DNA of 64,000 bases from positions 32,860,001 through 32,924,000 of the forward strand of contig NC_073395.1 of the NCBI RefSeq assembly GCF_028641065.1, given 5' to 3'. Position numbers and translations under genes: made by a program. This DNA comes from Leucoraja erinacea. Taxonomy: Eukaryota. The notes beneath the pieces were generated by a model, which was given only the letters and a program-made list of their open reading frames with translations, did not search any database and was not told the DNA's origin. Of this stretch, positions 41,901 to 56,900 are shown one piece after another; positions within the stretch are counted from its first letter, which is position 1; every line of letters starts with the position of its first letter.

Positions 41901-44900
41901 GGCTAGAGAGGCATGAGGAGGAGGACAGAAGTGTTCTGATTTAACGAAAGACCAATTGATTGGAGAGACAACTATGACTATATTCTCATGGTATTTTCTA
42001 TCAGTATCTGTAAAGAGAAGTTAAAGGTCACAACCAAGTCAATCTGCATCCTCGAACAGGTGCATTAACTGTACGTTGTGACAAATCAACCTCCCTAATC
42101 AGTGAGGGGAAAGTTTGACAGTTCACCAACTTCATCCTGAGCATTCACTGCTGGAAAACAGCATCAGGAAAATAAATTGATTTTATAATTAGATGTCACT
42201 CCAATATTTGACAAAATCACATTACTGTGCTATTAAGTGTGTTTGATTCATTTATACCTGGTTTCTAAATGTTAAAAAATCCCAGTTGATAAGGCCAGAT
42301 AATAAATAGTAACCTTTTCATTCATAACATTGATTTAAATTTCAAGTTCTATCTTTCTGGCTTTAAATTTATTATCTTCTGCCTGCCGTTTTAAAAATCG
42401 ATAATTTTTTAGTCGCATGTCTGAAAACTGATTAAAAACTGCCTAATAAAAATTTAAATTGAATGCAATATATTTAAATTCATACTTGCTTTGAATGTTT
42501 GCTAATTGTAATCTTCAATACTTACAGGTTTTCACAATAGGAACTCTGTACGTTTTGCTCTTCATATTGCCACTGCTTGAATGTACTGTTATTCATGATT
42601 AAAACCGGCCTCGACTAAAAATAGGTTGCCGTTTTAAAAATCGATAATTTTTTAGTCGCATGTCTGATCAAAAACTGATTAAAAACTGCCTAATAAAAAT
42701 TTAAATTGAATGCAATATATTTAAATTCATACTTGCTTTGAATGTTTGCTAATTGTAATCTTCAATACTTACAGGTTTTCACAATAGGAACTCTGTACGT
42801 TTTGCTCTTCATATTGCCACTGCTTGAATGTACTGCAAATTTATATTCTTCACCAGGTGTCAACTTTTCTATAGTTACATTAAAATCTCTCTTAGAAGTG
42901 GGTATTCTTTTATTTTCAACTCCATATGTAACAATGACTCCATCAAATAAACCAATGTTTGGCATTACAACGTACAGCGCTGTTGAGTGGGTTTGAATAT
43001 CAATGGGAAAGGCAATCACAACTGGTAGTGGTTCTGAAAAAGAAAGATGCTTTTGTCATTTCTTTCTGATGAAGGAAAGGGTTACAGAGTTGATTCTCCA
43101 CTTAACACAAATGGCAGATGCCAAGGGAGGGAATTTGTGATATTACAGAGGTAAACAGAGGTCATCTTTGGATCGGTTAAGATATGGGTTTGGGAGGACA
43201 GTAAAGGATCAAACAGAATGACAATTTGCATCAGCCTGAGAGAAGAAAATAAATCTGTGACCAAGGAGTAGACCAAATGCAATGTTATATGTGCAAACCT
43301 ACAGGCTGCCGGAGGGGCTCAGCAGGCCAGGCAACATTTGTGGAGGCACAGGGGTGGTTGACATTCCATGTCAAAATCCTGCATCAGAACAGAGTGTGAC
43401 GTGGGGAGATGTAATGTAAAGCCCCTGTCCCACTTGGGAGACCTAAACAGCAACCTCTGGTGATCTTGCCCGCCACACAAGGCTTCCGGAGGTTTTGATC
43501 ACTCTCCCTAATGGTCGAAAGTAGTTTCCGCGTGGTCGAGGCTTAATCTAGGTTGCTGCTGTTTTTTCATCATGATTAAAACCGGCCTCGGCTAAAAATA
43601 GGTTGCCGTTTTAAAAATCGATAATTTTTTAGTCGCATGTCTAGTCGAAGCCGGTTTTCTTCATAGTCGAGGAAGGTTTTCAACATATGCGTGGGAGGTG
43701 GTAGGAGATTGCAGGTCACCTCGACCTTGATTTTTTTTTTGGGTGGTGAGCAAGGTCACCAGTGGTTGCTGTTTAGGTCTCCTAAGTGGGACAGGGGCTT
43801 AAGGGTTAAACAGACTGTGAGCTGACATAGAGTTGTCAGCTAAATTAGCAGCAATGCATTTCGAACCCTGCTTAGGAAAACAAGTAGATGTTTTCGAAGA
43901 ATGCTTGGGCTAATTCAAATGGACCAGTAGATCATGAGGACACGGGTCTGCTTTCCCAGAGACTTTCAAGACTAGGTGTCTGATAGGACACATAACTCAT
44001 GCCATTATGGCACCAAGGAGGATAGCTAGCTTAACACATAATCATCTGTTGTTCTTAGAGATAAAATTATTATATGAATACAAGATACAAGATAAATTTA
44101 ATTGTCATTTGGACCCCTTGAGGTCCAAATGAAATGCTGTTTCTGCAGCCATACATTACAAACAAATAGACCCAAGACACAACATAATTTACATAAACAT
44201 CCATCACATCGCTGTGATGGAAGACCAAAAAAACCACTGCACTCTCCCACCCCCCCCCCCCCCTCCCCCCCCCCCGATGTCAGAGTCAAAGTCAAAGCCC
44301 CCAGCTGGCGATGGCAATTGTCCCGCGGCCATTAAAGCCACGCCGGGTGGTGCGAGGTCGCACACCGGGTCTTGGTGTTAGAGCCCCCGGCGTGCGCTCG
44401 CAGAGTCCCGCGGCCATTCCAAGCCGCGCGGGGCGGTGATGTCAGGCCCCGCTCCAGGAGCTCTTCGACCCCGCAACTCGGGCGGGAGAAGTCGCCGTTG
44501 CGAGAGCCCTGAAAAGCGGTCTCCCTCCAGGGACCCGCGGGCTCCCGGTGCCGCCGTCCGCAGACCTGCAGTTGAAGCCTCCGACTCTCCGGTCGGGCCG
44601 CAGCAGCAGCAGCGCTCCACCACCACCGCTCCACCCGCTCTGGACTCGGCCAGCTCCGCGACGGTGAGGTGAGTCGTCGGCACCAGAGTCCCCGGTCTCT
44701 TCCTGTTGGAGGCCGCTCCTCATTGCAGCCCCAACGATAACGTAGACCCGACGAGAACAGGTCGGGTCTCCCGTGCAGGGAGAGATTTAAAAGTTTCCCC
44801 CCTCCCTCCCACCCCCACCCCCACCCCCCCCCCCCACACACACACCCCCCAACAAAAAATAACAAAAACTACATAAAAAACATAGACAGAAAATAATAAA

Positions 44901-47900
44901 ACGCGAATACATGCTTCGACCATGACCTTCATCTTTGGGGAGAGAACACAGCTTCACCACGCAGAGAAAGGAAGAGAGAGAGAGGAAGAGCTTGGGTTGT
45001 GGTGTGTGCAGACAGGAGAGTCGAATACGCATTTTGTATTGTTTCTTTATTGATATTTGATAGTTTTCAGTGTTTGCTTTAATAAATAGTTATTTATGCT
45101 CTTCACCATGAGCTTCCTCTATTCACTGATCCAAATCCTTGAATTCTGCATATATTTAATTACAGGAGAAAGCCATTATAAAGAGGCAAGAGGGAGTAGC
45201 GGGGCATGGGCAGACAGGTGGAACCAGGTGAGAAGGGAGATGATGGGTTTAGACGACCCAGGCAGAATATGAGGCACTATTTGTATTTGACCTCACCCTA
45301 GCAGCAGAGAAAGCCGAGGACAGATAGATCGATGTGGGCACAGAAAGGGAAGTTAAAATGACATGCTCAAGGCTTCCCTTCTCTCTAAACATGAAATTCA
45401 TATTCTGTTTTACCCTGTCAATTAATGCCAACTAGCCTGGACGCTATGGATTCATTTGAAACTTTCTTCTTTTTACATTTGCAAGTACTGCACAGGCAGG
45501 CAATGTTTTTAATGTACATACGTATCAGAACTGAACAAGGAGGAGGACACAAATGCAGGCTCAGACACAGGGCAGATCAGTCTTCAGAGTTTAATCGGTC
45601 CAAGTCGGTACACAGGTAAGCAAAACAGAGGCAACAGTACAATCTAGGAGCAGGCAAAAACAGAGGTCGAAAAACAGGCAATGGTCGAGGTCACAAGATT
45701 TCTAGAGCTGGAACAAGGTGATACCAAGTAGCATACACAACGAACTGGCAATGAGAACTAAAACACAAAGGGCTTAAATACAGACTAGCAGGGGATAATG
45801 AGACACAGGTGAAACACATCAGGGCGGGGCCAATAATCACATGAGGGTAAACGACCTGACAGGAAATGGGACCTGAAACAAGAGGAGATGCGAGACACCA
45901 AAATAAAACAAGAATGCACACTCTAATACTAAAAAACAATAAGAAACAGAAACTAGATCAAACCCGAGACCTGACAATACGGAATATTTATACTGAAAAA
46001 TTATCCTTTTCAAGTTTACTAATGTGCTTTCAATCGAATGCTAAAACATAATAGCACACATTCGGATGTCCTCTTCATACTCACCTTATTCATAAGACCC
46101 ATCAGCTGCTCTCTCAATTATATTCCCTAAACTTGTAATTATTTATCCTTACTTCCTTCCTGTTTGCTGATACTGACAATACTTTGATCACTTCAATACT
46201 GTACTCTTTTTGTTCATCATGCTTCTCCTCAAAAATACCCTTCCTTATCAGATTATTGCCTCACACCTCAACTATGCCTTTACCTCTCTAAAGTCCAAGA
46301 AGCAGCTCTCTAAAATACGCCAATGGTGTCCCAGTGCATCTTGTGCAAACTCCTACAATTTGTTTTTTCGACCACATCACCAAAACATCATTTTTCATAG
46401 TTACTAACAACTGCCAAAAGGAATCCACCTGCTACATTATTTTCAAACTCCCTGCAACTTTAAGCAAGGCTGAACAAACTCATCGTCCAATTCATTTTCC
46501 ACTATTATTATCTTATATTTATTATTAAGAAAAACAGGGCCATTTTTACTTTTCTGTGACATCTTCTGAAAAAAAAGTTACAAGCATCCATTCCTTTGTT
46601 ACAATTCTCCATGATCTCAGTGGTTGTGCCATTGAAGATCTCCTAAATGATCCCAACGAACGATTGAGTGGAAGGATATTTCATTTTCATGGATATGTGG
46701 AAACAAATGTCAAGTCAAGTCAAGTCAATTTTGTTTCTAGAGCACATTTAAAAACAACTCTCATTGTTTTACATCAGTGCAGGTACTAAAGTGCAACATA
46801 CAGTGGTACATAGATCTAACAATACATACATAAATACATACATACAGCACTCCCTCAGAGGACCTCACGAAACGCTTGTGAGTAGAAATAAGTTTTAAGT
46901 CTAGACTTAAAGGAGTCGATGGAGGGGGCAGTTCTTATGAGAAGAGGGATGCTGTTCCACAGTCTAGATGCTGTAACCGCAAAAGCGCGGTCGCCCCTGA
47001 GCTTATACCTGAACCGCGGGATAGTCAGTAACCCCAAGTCGGCCGACCTGAGGGACCTGGAGGTAGAATGGTGGGTGGGCAGATTTTTGATGTAGGTGGG
47101 GGCAAGCCCGTAAAGGCCTTTGTATACATAAAGGAGGAGCGTGAAATTGATTGTGAACCGCACTGGGAGCCAGTGGAGAGAGGCCAATCGGGGTGATGTG
47201 GTCCCTTTTTTTGTGGTGCCCGTCAGAGGTCTTGCTGCGGCGTTTTGGACCAATTGCAGGCAGGACAGGGATGATTGGCTGATGCCAGTGTAAAGGGAGT
47301 TGCAGTGATCAAGGCGGGAGGAGATGAATGTGTGGATGATCTTTTCAAGGTCATTGAATTGGAGGAATGGTTTGATTTTAGCTATCGTGCGAAGCTGGAA
47401 TAAGCTAGCTTTAACATAGCAAGTGTCACTTGGCACCATTCTCTGTTGAAATTTGGATGTTTGGGCAAGTCTAACTTTGCAAGTCATGGATCAATCCAGG
47501 ATAAATCATCATTTTTTGTTCCTGGGTCAATAGACCATTGGCCATTAGCTCTACCTAGATTCCATGGTTATAACCCCACCATGTCCTTGTTGCAGTCAGC
47601 ATGCTCATGTTTTACAGTATGCATCAACACCCAGTAATTGTAACCCTGCATGATATGAAATGCCTCACTAATTTTAAGGTAACAAGGACATCCATAGAAA
47701 CACTACCTGGCAACTGAACTAAGTTCTCTCCATTTTCTTGAGGATTCTGTCAATTTGCTACCACAGTGGCAGCAACAGGTCTATGTGAGTAATTTCAAAA
47801 CCACAGAATATATACTGTTGGAAAATCCTCCCAAATAGATTATAACTAAAATAATTTACTTACTTGTAGTTTGTGTGATACATTTTGGTTTGCTTCTCTT

Positions 47901-50900
47901 TCCACTTCTTACTGCCATCACCTCAATGTCATATGTAGCTCCAGGAATCATGAAATCAAATTGAAACCATGTTATATTTATCACCGAATACTGTTTTATT
48001 TCACTGCTTTGATTGCTCATCTGTATGTGAAGGTGGTATTCGTCACATCCTTCTAATGGTGGCTCCCAGTGTACAATCATTGTGTTCTCCCAAACATCTG
48101 CATTATCAATGTAGATACTGGCAGGAGGGCTGGGATCTAGGTCACAATGTATGGTAAATAATTAGTGAAACATGCAAGAATAGCTTCAATGTTCAGATTC
48201 TAAAGGCTTAATTTTACTCTGGTAGTTGCTTCCATCTCAATACTATCGTGAAACACAATCATTTTGATTATTTTGTAACATTGTTTTAAACTACAGGGAA
48301 ACATTTTATAAATGTCACCTGTGAAAATGTATTTCAGAACGTATATAACTGAACATATTACAGAATGACACAGTTTTAATATAGGTTCATATCTCATTGA
48401 TTGAAAATAGTGCAGGAAGGAACTGCAGATGCTGGGTTACACCAAAGATAGACGCAAAATGCCAGAGTAACTCAGCGGGTCAGGCAGCATCTCTGGAGAA
48501 AAGCTGACTGACCCGCTGAGTTACTCCAGCATTTTGTGGCTATCTTTGCTTGAAAATAGTGGTCTCTGTACCTGTACTTGCAAACAACGGCCCTTCAGCA
48601 CAACTCAGTGATCCTCCCTCAGTCACTGCTTGGATATAGATTTCATAAGAGCGGAATGGCCTCAGGTTCTGAAGTACTACAGATGTATTCTCTGTTGCGA
48701 CATCTTCTGTTATTGGCCCTCTTGATTTTAATGGCATAAAGCTGATGAGGTAGTGATGAAAAGTTCCAGACTGTGATTTCTCTGGAGGACCCCAAAGCAG
48801 CTGTATTTCAGATGATGTTAACTCTCCCAATGTAAGATTCTGTGGTGGATTTGGCCCTATTTAAGAGAAGATTCAATTTAGTTTATTGCCATAAACACAA
48901 GGGTGCATGGAATGTTTTGTTCATATGAATCTCACAGAATAATCAGATATGCAAATAAAAATGATAAGTATGACAATAAATGTAACACCAATGCAAAACA
49001 GCAGAATGGTGCAAGATTGCAGTGCAATCCGAGTTGCTGCAAAAACAATGTTAAAGTACAATAATATAATGACCAAATGAGGTAGAGTTAAGAGTTAAGA
49101 GTATGTTGTAATACCTCCAGGAAGGGGCTGTAAAATAGATGATTCTACTGCAGCAGTCTGATATAAGTTGGGAAGAAGCTGTTCTTAAGTTTGGATAAAC
49201 AGGCTTCCATGTTCCTGCATCTTTTCCCAGAAAGTAGAAGAGAGAAAAGGGAATGTCCAGGGTAGCAGGCAATGACGATACTGCCAGCCCACCTGATGCA
49301 ACTCACTGTGAAGGTGGACAAGCCTGGGATAGACAGGGCTTTGTCCACAACTCTCTGCAGGTTCAGGCGGTCAAGAGCTGAGCTGTTGCCATAACAGGCA
49401 GAAAAGCATCCTGTCAGAACACTTTCTACAGCGCCTGTATAGGAGCTTGCGAGAACCCTCATGGATAAACCATATCTTTTTAGATGCCTGAAAAATTAAA
49501 TATGCTGATGTGTTTTCTTGATCATTACAACAGTGTGAAGAAACCAGGTTAGGATGTTGGAATGTGAAGCCATTGGTCAACTCTAGAGCAACTCGGTTGA
49601 GGTTAGGGTTGTATTCATCTCCTCGCTTCCTGAAGTCAACAATCATCTCTTTCATCTAGCTGACACTAAGAGCTAGGTTGTTGTCCTGACACATTGACAC
49701 AATGAGACAACATTCTCGATGTCTTTGTGCAGGAAAGAACTACAGATGCTGGTTTAAATCAAAGATAGACACAAAATGCTGGAGTAACTCAGCCGGACAG
49801 GCAGCATCTCTGGAGAGAAGGAATGGGTGACGTTTCGGGTCGTGACCCTTCTTCAGACACTGTCCCGCTGAGTTACTCCAGCATTTTGTGTCTATTCTCG
49901 ATCTCTTTCCTGTACTTCATCTCATTGTTGTTGTTGCTCAAACCGACAAAGTTGGATCCCTAGCAAACTTAAAGATCAAGGTGGTGTTATACTTGGCCAC
50001 ACCGTCATGGGAATGGTAACAAGGAACTGCAGGTGCTGGTATACTGCAGATGCCGTGGTGCTATTGTCACCATCACCATAGCACCTACATAGCATCCTTT
50101 GTGATGTCTGTCAAGTAAGGACAGCAAGTAGGGGCGGGGCAAGTGGGGGCGCTGCTTTTTAAAAAAGTTTTAAACGTCAATATCTTGTAAAATATACCAT
50201 TAATCTGAATGAAACTTGTTTCATTTCCATCACAGGACAACGGTGAGTAAGGTGGGCCATAATTTGTAGCGCTATCGTGTACAATTTTTGCGCAAATACA
50301 AAACGAGCAAGCAAACAAGATGAGAGTTTTAGTAATATAGAGATAATAAATATGAAATGTTATCTTCTATTGTCATTGAAAGAAGTTATATTGTTGATGA
50401 TATTACATTATCTACCAGCGGTGTAGCACATTAAAAAACTTACTTGTTTGTACATTCAAAACTGAGGTAACTGTTCTATGAGCACCCATGATATCGCTCA
50501 TCATTAATGCAAAATAATAGTGGTGCCCAGGTTTCAGCTCAGATATAACTGCTTTAGTCTCATTTGGGAATATTTTGTAGAAATGCTGTATTCCTTCAGC
50601 AGAATTTGATTTGTACCAGATAAATAACTTGGATGTTGAGGAGAATAAATCCTGTAAGCTATCCCAGATAATAGTGGCCTCATTTTCTCTCACGTCTTCT
50701 GATTTTAGTTTAATAGTCTTGGGAAGAATTAAGACTGAAAAACAATAAATGTGAAAATAATTTTCTCTTTTGTATAAATATTGTAATCTAACATAAATCC
50801 ATAATTAGAGAACATCTGTGATAAACTGACACACATTTTAATTTTTACTTCCAATGTTCAACATCAGCTATGGAAAGTGAACAAAATCTGCCAAAGTGCT

Positions 50901-53900
50901 GAAGCATGGAACATGATGCCAGGTGAAAGGAACTGCAGATGCTGGAATCTTGAGTCAAACACAATGTGCTAGAGTAACTCAGCAGGTCAGCTAGCATCTG
51001 TGGAGAGAATGAACAGATGATGTTTTGAAGCAGGACCCTTCCTCAGACCCAGACTGATAGAGATATGGTGCAGGATTCCATACTATCTAAAGAACCCACT
51101 GCAAGCTCTGCAATACAGTAATGATACCATATGCCCTACGATAAATCATTTTGGTGAAATTCTACAGCTGACATGGATAAAATAATGTAATTCTGTACAT
51201 ATTGTACGTACATATACAGGTACACCACACATCTGAATGATCATACATATAAAACAATGAACTGCATAAATGCATCACTTCATCATGAGTAAGACAGGCT
51301 ACTTCCACATTAAGCTGAACATTTAAATAGAAATCACCAAATACAAATATATCAGAAGTTCATGCAACAACAAAGAAGCACTTTTCAAATAAATGTTCAA
51401 AAGTTTAATTAGTAATTAAAGTTTTCTAGGCAAACTTAAAAATACTGATAAATGGTTTGTGTATGGTTTCCTGGATTGATATTTATGGAAGTAATTTAGC
51501 AAGAGCAAGAGATAAATTTGGTAAGAGTAATACTTTCAACCACTAATGGCTTTATGCATAACAAATTATACAAGTCCCAAACCAAACTAGATCAAGCATT
51601 CATCACTATTAGGAGCAGATGAGGGCATTCGATCCAATTTGAGATATCAGCTACCAAGACAGATGTGTACAGCAATTCGTTCCTCCCCCGCACAATTAAA
51701 GCATGGAATAGTCTTCATCCTACCATAGTTACTCAACCAGATGCAACTAAATTTAAGATAGCTCTTCTTCTCCAAGAATCCTTTTTTGCTTAAGTCCACC
51801 CTCTGCCACCTCCAGTTTATATTCCATTTGGAATATTTTGGAGGACCAAGAACCAAAAACCAAGAACTGTTAACAAGCAGATCACAGCAACACAGACAAT
51901 TCCATGTTATGAAGCCTTCTGCCATAGGTAATCTCTCTAGAATAATCCATAATATTAATTTAGATGCTAGAGCAACAAATTAAATAATAGTGATCATAAG
52001 AAAGTATCATACAACAGTTTGAAACAATCTTTGAAAAAATTAAGCATTGGATCTTCTGAATGTGCACAATAATTGCTTCAATTTGACATTAACTTTTGGT
52101 TGCTTGGCCACCAAGCCACATAAGGCAGTCCGCTTAAATAGTGCAAGCAAACAAGATATTAGAAGATAGATACAAAAAGTTGGAGTATGTCTGTGGGACA
52201 GGCAGCATCGCTGGAGAGAAGGAATGCGTGACGTTTCGGGTCGAGACCCTTTTTCAGACTGGTTAGTGATAAGGGAAACGAGAGATGTAGATGGTGATGT
52301 GGAGAGATAAAAAAAAATGAAAGATATGCAAAAAAAATAATGATGATAAAGAAAACAGGCCATTGTTAGCTGCTTGTAGGGTGAAATCGAGAACTGAGTG
52401 CGACTTAGGAGCGGGAGGGATAGAGAGAGAGAGAGAGAGATGAGGGAATGCCAGGGCAACTTGAAGTGAGAGAAATCAAGATTCATACCAGCGGGTTGTA
52501 AGCTGCCCAAGCAAAATATGAAATGCAAGATATTAGATTTGCTTTGGCCATTCAGCAAACATAGTACAGATGATCTGGTGTTGAAGCACGGTAAATTACC
52601 TTCATGTTCACAAATGTATGGCAAAGCCAAGAAGCAGAACAGCCCAGTAAGTACACTGTCGGGACCCACTGCATTCAATTGTAATGCATAGCAGTCACTG
52701 TCGTTTGATGGCAGAGTTTGCAGCAAGGTGGTGCTTAAATTAAAGGCACTCTTGTCAGTCCATTGAAGTTCATTTTCTATCTGAGAAATGGAAAATATTT
52801 ATTGTACTATATTCGGTCATATCGTAAGTCTTTCCAATCTTAATATTTTAAAGGAGAAAACGTTATGTGGGAGCACTTCCTTAAAACTAGTCAATCTCTC
52901 ATTTTGAAAAATTACTTAAACACCCGGTTAGTGAGTCATTAAAGATGCTAAGAGGTGATTGTACCAATAAGCCACCTGTCAACAATATCCTGGGGTCACT
53001 CCTGAAATTGAACTACACCAACTAGGGGTGGCACAGTGGCACCGCTGGTGGAGTTGCTTCCTCACAGTACCAGACGCCTGGGTTTGATCCTGGCCTTGGG
53101 TGCTGTCTGTATGGTTCTTGCACATTCTCCCTGTGACCATGGAGGTTTCCTCTGGGTGCTCCAGTTTTGCCACACATCCCAAAGTCGTGCAGATTTGTAG
53201 GTCAATTGGCCTCTGTAAATTGTTCCTTGTGTGTAGGGAGTGCATGCGAAAGTGAAATACCCCAGCGGTATGATCATTGATGTCTCCAATATCAGGTAGT
53301 CCCTGCTTTCTCCTCCCCTTCCCAGCTCTCCCTCAGCCCACTGTCTCTTTATCTTCCTTTCTTCTCCCCCCCCCCCCCCCCCCCCAACCCTCACATCAGT
53401 CTAAAGAAGGGTCTCGACCCGAAACGTTGCCTATTTCCTTCGCTCCATAGATGCTGCCTCACCCGCTGAGTTTCTCCAGCATTTTTGTCTACCTAACATA
53501 CAACTAGTGCAACCGGGCAGCATGGGCTGAAGGGCCTGTTTCCATGCTGTATTTATAAACCAAACTAAGCTATTGTTAACCAATCCCTGGATGAGTACAT
53601 TGCAAAGGGCCGAGCAGCTGAATGGTTCAGCACCTCTTTGGCTGAGGAGTTGGACATTATGTTACGGTTGTACAAGATACTGGTAATGCTACACTTGGAG
53701 TTTTGTGTTCAGTTTTGGTTACCCTGCTGCAGGAAAAATGCCACTAAACTGGAATGAGTGCAGAGAAGATTTATGAGGATGTTGCCAGACTCGAGGATTT
53801 GGCTATGGGGAAAGATTGCACATGCTACCAATTTATTCCTTAGAGTGCAGGAAGTGGCTGGGTGATCTTATAGAAAAGTACAAAATTATAAGGGAAATAG

Positions 53901-56900
53901 ATAGGATGAATCCACACATTTTTTCCATGTTATGGGTATCAAGAACCAGAGGGCAGTGGTATAAGATTTAACAGGAACATGAGGGACAACTTTTCAGGGT
54001 AGTGGGTATATGAAATAAGCAACCAGAGGAAGTAGCTGAGGCAGGTACAATTAACAACATTTAAACGAGATTTGGACAGGTACTTGCATAGGAAAGGTCT
54101 AGAGCAGTGGTTCCCAACGTGGGGCGTACGCCCCACAGGGGGGCAATTTGATTTTTAAGGGGGGCAATTGAGCGCGACTGAGGTCTGGGTCCAAATTTTC
54201 GATTTTTATTTTTTAGGATTTTCCATCAGGTAAACATATGTGGTTTATGTTTCAGATATTATTTTGAGTAAATAATTTTTTTGGGGTAAAAAAGGTCTTT
54301 ATTGTGTAGTTATTACAACCAAGGTATTGGCGTTTTAAGCTTCTTCAGCTGAAACGGAGTTCACTTTTTAAATTATAAGAATTATATATCACCACATGGG
54401 GAGGGGGCATCAGGATTTTAGAGGTGATTAGGTGGGGCATGGCCAAAACAAGGTTGGGAACCACTGGTCTACAGGAATGGGCTAAATGCAGACAAATGGG
54501 ATTAGCTTAGATGAAGCATCTTGTTGGCCTTCGGCCCATGTTGTCCATGTTGTTTGACTATTATCAAATGCTCTGTTTTGATGTTGTCCTTTCTAAGTGT
54601 TGCCTTTGTATTAAATTATAAAAATAACAATATTTATTTTTTCAAATCAAATGTTTGTATACTTTGAACAGGGATGGTAAAGGTTGAAAATGTGATGATT
54701 TTCATAGTAGGCTTTTCCTAATTAGCTTCTATTGATTCTGCAAGCTGATCTGAATGTAACTGGAAGTACTCCCTTGACTAATTAACTTTGTCGATCTCCC
54801 ACGGAAAGGGAGGGATGTAAAGCAGCTGTCTGGAATATTTATTGCTTCAGTCAGGAAAACAAATTTAAGTTTGTGGAACATGACAACCTATAATATATCA
54901 CACAAAAATAAAATCTGCAATAGCTCTTTTCACACATGAACTACCTAATATAATGCAAAATCATACTTATTTATCTTATTGTTTAATAATCATTTTGTTT
55001 CTAATGAACTACCTAACATTTTCTTTAAAAATTGTGAAATTTGCTGCAATATTTATTTTTGATAAAAATTCTACACTCAAATCAATCATTAGATAAGGCG
55101 TTTGTCCTTTTCACAGAGGGAGACAACAGCTAAGTCTGATTTATCAGTTTTTGATACCTCTCTGGGGTTTTTCTCCAATGGACATCCTTCGTGCATGATC
55201 CTGTACACTGGTGACGTAACAATATTTATGAAATAACATAAGTTCCAACTTACTTCAATGTCATTTAGCCCAGTCCATAACATGCTGAAGTCATTCTGTG
55301 ACCTCAGGTGAGTAGATATAAACTGAAATTCCTCTTCGGTATTGATGTCAACAAGGTGGACGCCGTTAGTTGCTGACTTACAGAATTGAGAAGCATCTTT
55401 CCATTTCTTGCAGTCTTTTCTGATCCAGTAACAGCTATAGAATGATCCTATCCAGCCAGGAGGACATGGTGCTACCAAGGTAATTTCTGTGTTATTCATT
55501 AGTGCTCCAATAATAGAATTATAAACATTTTGTCTATTTGATACAATCTCTGCAAAATGAAGGCAAACATTTGCTTTTATATTTTTACGGTGCCATTAAC
55601 CATTCAATATTTGATCTATACTCCTAAACAAATACTTGCCGTTCAAGGGCTCTGCATTTATCTGTTGTACAGCGGCTAATCAATGATCATTGTACAAGGC
55701 CATAGCAGCAGAAAACCAAATATAATATCTTAATATTCTTCCAAAATCAACTCAAATGGCAGAACTATTTGTGCCAGATTAGGCAATCTGGGTGCAAACG
55801 GGGGGGGGGGGGGAAAGAAATGGGGTACAAGTACATAGAACATTGAAATCTCCAATTTAACTACCCCCCCCTCCTTGCACCTCCCTTTCTTTTCCCCACT
55901 CCCTCTCCTGTGCCTGACCTAGATTTGTGCCTAAATCTCCCTCTCCCCTTCCACCCCCATTCCTTCCACTAGCTTTACAATTCTCAACTCTTCAATCCTT
56001 TCTCACATCATCTGTCTTTTCATCTCTGTCCTTCGTCAAAACCACTACCTCCCCTTACCTGTATCCACCTATTACTTGCTGGGCTTTGTCCTCTCCTCCA
56101 GCTTTCTTCCCCCACCCCCCCTCTCCCCCTATCTAGTCAGACTGAAGAAGGGTCCTGACCAAAAACTTCACCTATCCATATTCTCCAGAGATGCTGCCTG
56201 ATCCATTGAGTTACTCCAGCACTTCATGTCTTTTTTAATCGATATATTAGGTTTGAGCATAAAAATTCTCTCCAGCATATTAGTTAGATACGTAAGACAA
56301 GCTTTTTTGTTATGCAAAATAGAATGCTTGTTTTTAAAATTCTTTAATTTGAAACATATGTTAATTGATTAGTCAACCTATCAGAATATTTCAATTTTAG
56401 TTTAAATAGCAAAAATGTTTCCTACAAAACAATCGGTTTTCAAAATAGAATGATCAATTTCTTATAAATTCAACATGATTGTCCATTCATATACATCAGT
56501 TTATCGTACCTGTTTCAATAATTATATTAAATACTTGTGTGAAAGTGAGTCCAATATGATGTGTTTGCTTGAATTCCAAGGAGAAATTGTACAAAGTTCC
56601 AGGCTTTAATTCATTCCACACGTAATTGTTTGTAGTAGCTGGTATATGGTATGAAGTGAAATTTAGGCTTATTGTGGTTATAAATCTTCCAAACCCAAAT
56701 TCACTCCAATCAAATGAAGCAGTAGTTGTTGAAATGGTTGTTTTAAAGCCAGCTTCTCCATACAAACCTGAAATATATATATATATATATTCCTCTCACC
56801 AAATCAATAATTGACATTTTTGAAGAAATCAAATTTAAAATATTTTTCTTCTACATTTACTCTATAAGTTAATGTCACACCATCATATAATCTTGAACCA

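Noticed and set aside
39900-42380. Additional exon in this intron
   Set aside because: Candidate frames contain stops, and exons 42773 and 39398 already join in phase.
44332-45032. Cluster of 70-177 aa ORFs
   Set aside because: Arise from a GC-rich repeat with poly-G/C tracts; no domain content.
52040-52726. 228-aa ORF as one protein
   Set aside because: Chimera of a lectin exon read through into intron and Penelope sequence.
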